DNA of 12,267 nucleotides from Candidatus Scalinduaceae bacterium (GTDB lineage Bacteria > Planctomycetota > Brocadiia > Brocadiales > Scalinduaceae). Position numbers and translations under genes: made by a program. Shown piece by piece: positions 7,124 through 12,267 of the stretch (position 1 is its first letter; each line of letters begins with the position of its first letter). A model generated the notes under the pieces. That model saw only the letters and a program-made list of their open reading frames with translations. It ran no database searches and had not been told where the DNA came from. The stretch lies in assembly GCA_046759445.1 (NCBI GenBank), contig JBHICG010000089.1, positions 1-12,267 of the forward strand, read 5' to 3'.

Positions 7124-7558
7124 ATGAGTGAAAATGAAAATCAAATGACGAAAGTAGACGAGAAATATGAGCCGTCTGTGAAACTAAAGAAATATGTTGC
7201 CGTGCTATTGTCGCCAGAGACGAAGGGTTGCAAGACCGAAGCTGAGAGGTTAACAGGGGTAGACAGAAGGACATTTTACAAGCAGTATAAATATAACGAA
7301 AAATTCCGTAAATGGTACAACTCTGAGATTCAGGCATTCAGTGAGACGCTAGCGGCTAAAGCTATGTGTGCGTTGTCAGACATGATGGAGAGCAAAGACG
7401 ATCCTTACGCGCGCATACAGGCTATTCGTACATGGGCTGAGATGATGGGACGTATCAGGGTAAATAACATCAATGTGGATCAGTCAAGACATATGCACGT
7501 AACTTTTTTAGACCTTGCAAAAAGAGCAAGATTAGAAGGCGATAATGGGGGCGGTTGA
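7124..7558 (+). CDS. terS: Putative terminase small subunit (N-terminal HTH), 144 aa
   Basis: HTH KTEAERLTGVDRRTFYKQY, helical core, ARIQAIRTWAEMMG segment and NNINVD tail, all typical of TerS-like proteins. It lies upstream of terL in the same orientation. Confidence 0.65.
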   Translation: MSENENQMTKVDEKYEPSVKLKKYVAVLLSPETKGCKTEAERLTGVDRRTFYKQYKYNEKFRKWYNSEIQAFSETLAAKAMCALSDMMESKDDPYARIQAIRTWAEMMGRIRVNNINVDQSRHMHVTFLDLAKRARLEGDNGGG

Positions 7559-7923
7559 ATTGAACATAACATAATTATCAATTATGCGACTATGTTCATA
7601 ACATATTGTATATTAAGGCGTTACAACTACGAAAAAAAGTATTATTTTGACGGTGAATAAGTTAATTGTGCTTCACCACAACCAAAATTTTGGAACTAAA
7701 AATAAAGACTTATGACGTGATTTTTTAGCATTTTGTGTGTAAGTGGGGAAAAGTTCACCGTAATTTTAAGAAATTGGAAAAAGTGATAAAAATAAAAGAC
7801 GTAAAAGTTATATTTTTGTTGTGTTAAATTTATAGCAGATTTTCAAGATTTTTTCTTTATTGGTATGGTGCAATTAGCGGTCAATCTGGATATAAAGTTA
7901 TTACTAGAGGCATATTAACTACA

Positions 7924-8151
7924 ATGATTTTTTTAGGTTTTAATGACACCGTTAACTTGGCTCAATGTGCGGTATCAGGGAGGAAATTTAAGCCTGGTAC
8001 ACCGTTAGCATTTTTTTTGAATGGCAACAAGGAATTACCTGTAAGTGAGTCAGTAGCATTCAAGAAGGGATTTACTATAAGCAAGCAGGATTTTGAAGAT
8101 TTACAAGCGTACGTATTTGACGGGATGACTGAAAAGGAGTTACCTTTTTAA
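7924..8151 (+). CDS. Hypothetical protein (75 aa)
   Basis: GAGG upstream, co-oriented and closely spaced with the following genes. Confidence 0.65.
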   Translation: MIFLGFNDTVNLAQCAVSGRKFKPGTPLAFFLNGNKELPVSESVAFKKGFTISKQDFEDLQAYVFDGMTEKELPF

Positions 8152-8173
8152 TTTTTAATGAGAGGATAAAGAA

Positions 8174-8443
8174 ATGGGATTAGGTGTTTTAGAAGAAAAA
8201 ATAAAGCTGTCGACAAAGGAGAAAAAAGCCTTGCAAACAGCGATTTTGTTTTACGATTCGGTCATGACTAGGATGGGCAAGTGGAGCGGAGACACAAAGA
8301 GTTTGAAAAGTGCGTTTGAAAAACTGCAAGGTAGTGACTTTGAAAGCAAAAAACGTCAATTACTAGATTTTCAATGGATGGTAGAGGCACCGGCCTTCGA
8401 TCCATTCGAACGTGAAAGATTGGAGCGGATTCTAAATTCATAA
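8174..8443 (+). CDS. Hypothetical protein (89 aa)
   Basis: GAGGA RBS and operon-like spacing. Confidence 0.75.
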   Translation: MGLGVLEEKIKLSTKEKKALQTAILFYDSVMTRMGKWSGDTKSLKSAFEKLQGSDFESKKRQLLDFQWMVEAPAFDPFERERLERILNS

Positions 8444-8461
8444 ATTTTTATAGGAGGATAA

Positions 8462-8995
8462 ATGATGAAAATATTGGATAGAGTGGGAGAAAAGTATCAA
8501 TTGTTAAATGGTGAGATTGCAAGCTATGACGAATTGGACACATGTGAAAAGATAAGATTGTATCAAAAAGAACACGGCTGCGATCTTGAAACGGCCACAG
8601 TCGAGGTCCTAGGCAGCGAGGAAGGAAAAGAGAAACTCAATTTTGAAAAGGATTCAGACCAAAGCAACATAACAAAAGTTAATGACCAGTACATTGAAGA
8701 AATAGGCCGGGAAGAAGATTTAGAGATCAAGAAATACATGTCCGAAAATGACTGTGACTATGAATCAGCAATGTTGAAAGTTTACGAAAATAAAGCCAGT
8801 GAAAGCGAAGAAAATAGATTTTCAGCCTACATGTCTGGAAACGATAGCATTATTGTTGACAGTGAAACTGGCAAAAAAATCAAAGTACCCCGGGAAGCAA
8901 TCTCTAAATATGAAAATAAAAACTATTGTAGTTATCAAGAAGCGGAATCTGTGATCGTTAGCAATGCCATTGCAGAATTAAAACAGATGGCATAA
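8462..8995 (+). CDS. Acidic protein (177 aa) with three internal YxxxxxCxYxxA-like repeats; possibly scaffold-related
   Basis: AGGAGG RBS. Repeats YQKEHGCDLETA, YMSENDCDYESA and YENKNYCSYQEA. Confidence 0.85.
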   Translation: MMKILDRVGEKYQLLNGEIASYDELDTCEKIRLYQKEHGCDLETATVEVLGSEEGKEKLNFEKDSDQSNITKVNDQYIEEIGREEDLEIKKYMSENDCDYESAMLKVYENKASESEENRFSAYMSGNDSIIVDSETGKKIKVPREAISKYENKNYCSYQEAESVIVSNAIAELKQMA

Positions 8996-8999
8996 TTAA

Positions 9000-9220
9000 A
9001 TAGACAGGATGGGGATAAAAAAGTCCTCCACGGGCAATTTTCCTTTTTTAAGGTGGTGCCTGTTTTCGATTTGAATTCGTAATGAGTAAAAACCCCATCC
9101 TGTCTATAAAGTAATTGTTGGCGGTGTCTTTTCCTTTCTACACCGGCATGTGGCAGGGCAAGTAAACAACACCTTCCGGTATTTTCAGCATTATACCGTG
9201 CATCAATGGCTTGCCTTGCC
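9000..9220. other. Structured intergenic region, candidate ncRNA or cis-regulatory leader of terL
   Basis: Perfect 15-bp stem 9000..9014 / 9093..9107, CGGTGT/ACACCG hairpin near 9122..9145, and 11-bp stem 9152..9162 / 9210..9220 enclosing CGGTAT/ATACCG. Confidence 0.55.
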
Positions 9221-9254
9221 GATATTTAAGGGCTGAAGATTATTTTAAAATATA

Positions 9255-10751
9255 ATGATTGAAATCCAACAAATTAAGAAAATACAAGAGCGCTGCAGAC
9301 GTGATCCAGTTTTTTTTAGTGAGAATGTTTTAGGCAATGAAAAGCCTTGGTCAAAACAGGTTGAGATCATGGAAGCTGTGAAGGATCATCCAGAAGTCAA
9401 TGTGTGCAGTGGTCACGGCATAGGCAAGTCATGGGTGGCCGCACGGGTGTCTTTGTGGTTTCTTTATAGTTTTGCACCTTCAATTGTGGTGACTACTGCT
9501 CCCACCTGGAGGCAGGTCGAGTCCATTTTATGGCAAGAGATCGCAAGGCAATACAGGATGTCCAAAATCCCACTGGGGGGTAAGCTGACAAATGTAAAAC
9601 TGTCGCTTGATGATGGGTGGTTTGCAATCGGTCTTTCTACTGACGAACCTGAGAATTTTCAGGGTTTTCACTCCGAGAATATTTTAATAATTTTTGATGA
9701 AGCAGGTGGAATTGAGAAGCCTATTTACGAAGCCACACAGGGGCTTTTAACCGGTAAAGTTGCACGTGTATTGCGGATCGGCAATCCTACTTCTACAACA
9801 ACGGAATTTTATAACACTTCAAAGTCGGATAGTGTAAAGACCTTGCATATTTCTAGCTGGGAGTGTCCGAACGTAGTTGAAGATAAAATCATATATCCTA
9901 GACTAGTCACACGTGAATGGTGTGAAAAGAGAAGGCAAGAATGGGGAGAGGATAGTCCTATTTACCAGAGTCGGGTTTTAGGCGAGTGGCCTGTTGAGGG
10001 TGAAGACACGTTGATACCACTTTCGTGGTGCGAAAGAGCTGTTAAAAATGAAGTTCAAACGAACGAAAAGAGTGTCACGCTGATTTCAATTGATTGCGCA
10101 CGGTTTGGCAGTGATCAAACGGTCATCATGTGTTTGCGAGGTAGTAAGTTGCTTGATGTTGATTCGTTTCAGGGCAAAGACCTTATGGAGACTTGCGGAC
10201 GTGCTATTGCCATGAAAAAGAAGTACGGTGCAAAGAGCATAGTGGTCGACGATACGGGGCTGGGGGGTGGCCTTACTGATCGACTTAGGGAGCAAGAACA
10301 CCACGTGTATGCGATTAATTTCGGACAGGCTGCAAAGGATAAGGAGCTGTTTGCAGATATAAAGAGTGAGATGTTTTGGCTCTTACGTGAGGATATAAGA
10401 GATTTAAAGATTCAGATTATGGACGGGTTACTACTTGCACAGTTACCGACAATTAAATACACCTATACTTCAAAAGGACAAATAAAGATTGAGAGTAAGG
10501 AGTCTATGCGCAAGCGTGGCCTTAAAAGTCCTGACCATGCCGACTGCCTGGCACTTGCGAACTATATCAGGCGACAGCATTATGAAAGTAGCTGGCAATA
10601 CGAAAAAGACAATTTCAATCTTGGCAAGGATAGGGATATTGTTTATGACACTTCACTTTCGGCAAGTGAACTATACAACCAGGAATTTGGAAGACTTGGG
10701 AATTACAATCAGGAATTTCCTGAAAGTGAATATCTTGAAGAGTTTATTTGA
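9255..10751 (+). CDS. terL: Terminase large subunit (498 aa)
   Basis: PWSKQ (Q motif), Walker A SGHGIGKS, TAPTWRQ, Walker B ILIIFDEA, coupling motif IGNP, and RNase H-like nuclease motifs IDCARFGSD, VVDDTGLG and SPDHADCL. Confidence 0.93.
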   Translation: MIEIQQIKKIQERCRRDPVFFSENVLGNEKPWSKQVEIMEAVKDHPEVNVCSGHGIGKSWVAARVSLWFLYSFAPSIVVTTAPTWRQVESILWQEIARQYRMSKIPLGGKLTNVKLSLDDGWFAIGLSTDEPENFQGFHSENILIIFDEAGGIEKPIYEATQGLLTGKVARVLRIGNPTSTTTEFYNTSKSDSVKTLHISSWECPNVVEDKIIYPRLVTREWCEKRRQEWGEDSPIYQSRVLGEWPVEGEDTLIPLSWCERAVKNEVQTNEKSVTLISIDCARFGSDQTVIMCLRGSKLLDVDSFQGKDLMETCGRAIAMKKKYGAKSIVVDDTGLGGGLTDRLREQEHHVYAINFGQAAKDKELFADIKSEMFWLLREDIRDLKIQIMDGLLLAQLPTIKYTYTSKGQIKIESKESMRKRGLKSPDHADCLALANYIRRQHYESSWQYEKDNFNLGKDRDIVYDTSLSASELYNQEFGRLGNYNQEFPESEYLEEFI

Positions 10752-10781
10752 TAAGGTATAAGCTATTAGCAAATGTAAGAT

Positions 10782-11114
10782 ATGAAAATAGAGATTGATG
10801 ACAAGGTGTTAATCGACACGATTGTTGAGCGGGTTGTAGAACAGCTCACGCCGTTAATTAAACAAAATTCAAACGGAAGTGGTGACGAGCTTATGACCGT
10901 TGAGGAAGTAGCACAGTATCTCAAAGCGAAGAAATCAACTATTTATGATAAAGCGCATACCAGGACAATTCCATTCCTGAAACATGGCAGTTCATTGAGA
11001 TTCAGGAAGAAACACATTGACTTATGGTTACACAATCCTTACCATCCCGATTTAGGTACTTATAACCTTAATCATAATGGAAAGGAGGTGAGAAATAGTG
11101 AAAGGATTGTATAA
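10782..11114 (+). CDS. Excisionase-like HTH (HTH_17/MerR-like) DNA-binding protein
   Basis: LMTVEEVAQYLKAKKSTIYDKAHTRTIPFLKHGSSLRFRKKHIDLWL; overlaps the integrase start. Confidence 0.88.
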   Translation: MKIEIDDKVLIDTIVERVVEQLTPLIKQNSNGSGDELMTVEEVAQYLKAKKSTIYDKAHTRTIPFLKHGSSLRFRKKHIDLWLHNPYHPDLGTYNLNHNGKEVRNSERIV

Positions 11115-12261
11115 ACGTGGCAAGAAGTACTGGATGGTCTACAGTGTAAACGGTCATATGCGTTTTGAAAGTACAGGCGTAACTACAAGGCGTGAGGCTG
11201 AGTACATTCTTGGTTGTCGCAGAAAAGAGATCAAAGATAGTAAGATACCTGAGACCAGGCAAGTCAAGAACTGTAAGTTTGCAGAATTAGCACATGATTA
11301 TTCAAAGTGGGCTGAAAGGCAGAGGATATTTAAGACAAAGAAGATTTGGATAAAACAGTTGGTTGAAGTCTTTGGTAATCTTGATGTTAAGGACTTGAAT
11401 ACCAGAATGATTGAACAATGGCAGAGTATGAGGTTGAAGTATAATAAACCTGCTACAGTTAACCGTGTTCTTGCGTGTCTAAAACATATGGTCAACAAGG
11501 GTGTTCAATGGGATATGGCAAGTGATGAGACACTGAAGAAAGTCCGCAATGTAAAGCTGTTGGAAGAGAACAACGAAAGACTCCGCTTCTTAACTGTTGA
11601 GGAGTGCCAAATGCTCATTGAATGTTGTTCAGCACACTTAAAGCCTATCGTAACGGTTGCGCTTCATACCGGAATGCGTAGAGGTGAAATCTTGGGCTTA
11701 AAATGGGAGCAGGTGGACTTAAAACACGGCTTTATTTTGTTAGATACAACCAAGAACGGTGAACGTAAGGAAACCCCTATTGATAAAACACTGAGGAATC
11801 TGTTTGAAGGTATGCCGCATAGTATTGAAAGCGTTTATGTTTTTACTGATAAGGATGGAAAACCATACAGATCAGTTAAACGTAGCTTTAGCACAGCGTG
11901 TAGTAGGGCTGGAGTGCTTGATTTCAGGTTTCACGACCTTAGGCATACCTTTGCGAGTCATCTCGTCATGGCGGGCGTAGATTTAACCAGTGTGAAGGAA
12001 TTGTTGGGGCACAAGTCATTGAAGATGACTTTAAGATATGCACACCTTGCACCTGGACACAAGATGAAGGCAGTAAACATGCTCGATAATGTTCTAACAA
12101 AACCGCATATGAAAAACAAGCAACTTGACAATTACTTGACAATTTTCAATTCTGAAGAACCTACCACTTATCATAAGTCCTTGTATGACAATATGGGCGA
12201 TACTGGACTTGAACCAGTGACCCCTTGCTTGTCGAGCAAGTGCTCTAGCCAACTGAGCTAA
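11098..12261 (+). CDS. int: Tyrosine recombinase/integrase (387 aa in the integrated state)
   Basis: GGAGG RBS with GTG start. Catalytic motifs HTGMRRGEI, KNGE, FHDLRHTFAS, LLGH and RYAHL. N-terminal arm-binding-like region. Confidence 0.97.
   Translation: MKGLYKRGKKYWMVYSVNGHMRFESTGVTTRREAEYILGCRRKEIKDSKIPETRQVKNCKFAELAHDYSKWAERQRIFKTKKIWIKQLVEVFGNLDVKDLNTRMIEQWQSMRLKYNKPATVNRVLACLKHMVNKGVQWDMASDETLKKVRNVKLLEENNERLRFLTVEECQMLIECCSAHLKPIVTVALHTGMRRGEILGLKWEQVDLKHGFILLDTTKNGERKETPIDKTLRNLFEGMPHSIESVYVFTDKDGKPYRSVKRSFSTACSRAGVLDFRFHDLRHTFASHLVMAGVDLTSVKELLGHKSLKMTLRYAHLAPGHKMKAVNMLDNVLTKPHMKNKQLDNYLTIFNSEEPTTYHKSLYDNMGDTGLEPVTPCLSSKCSSQLS
12121..12142 (+). repeat. Putative integrase arm-type binding sites (2 x 11 bp), inside int
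   Basis: CAACTTGACAA-TTACTTGACAA; 19 bp identical to 1098..1116. Confidence 0.75.
12193..12242. repeat. att core, right copy (within tRNA-Val and int)
   Basis: Identical to 936..985. Confidence 0.98.
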
Positions 12262-12267
12262 TCGCCC
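12194..12267 (-). tRNA. tRNA-Val(GAC), CCA not encoded
   Basis: GGGCGATTAGCTCAGTTGGCTAGAGCACTTGCTCGACAAGCAAGGGGTCACTGGTTCAAGTCCAGTATCGCCCA forms a full cloverleaf; anticodon arm CTTGC-TCGACAA-GCAAG. Confidence 0.98.

Larger units (their letters stand above)
936..12242. mobile_element. Complete tRNA-Val-integrated phage-satellite/PICI-like element (11,257 bp circle if excised)
   Basis: Perfect 50-bp terminal direct repeats, tyrosine integrase plus xis-like gene, primase-helicase with iterons, terS-like and terL genes. No capsid, tail or lysis genes recognised. Confidence 0.93.

Noticed and set aside
7071..11498. Nested or antisense ORFs 7071..7337, 10086..10304, 10489..10761, 11068..11262 and 11298..11498
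   Set aside because: They overlap terS, terL, xis or int and have no independent support.
936..12242. Complete prophage or conjugative element
   Set aside because: No capsid, portal, tail, lysis, relaxase or T4SS genes are recognisable between the att sites.

Overview
The window holds a complete ~11.26 kb integrated element, most consistent with a phage satellite or PICI-like island, in an anammox-type planctomycete. The host call rests on exact Amx368 and Pla46 probe matches in the 16S fragment. The element sits in a minus-strand tRNA-Val(GAC) gene (12194..12267) and is bounded by a perfect 50-bp direct repeat (936..985 and 12193..12242). The left flank is the 5' end, leader and promoter of a minus-strand 16S rRNA gene. 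Left to right, the element carries: a terminator and arm-like repeats; a mosaic accessory region (HExxH peptidase remnant, five GT-N11-AC palindromes embedded in shuffled gene fragments, several small ORFs); a degenerate AAA-like ORF; an RHH regulator; a truncated CHC2 zinc finger; a Prim-Pol/SF3 primase-helicase followed by iterons; a terS-like gene; three hypothetical genes; a structured intergenic region; terL; an excisionase-like HTH gene; and a tyrosine integrase. The most notable points are: (i) the att core lies inside the integrase ORF, so integration changes its C-terminus; (ii) the element has both terminase subunits but no recognisable capsid or portal; (iii) the palindrome array contains a hybrid site suggesting site-specific shuffling. 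Family assignments come from motif recognition only; no database searches were run.
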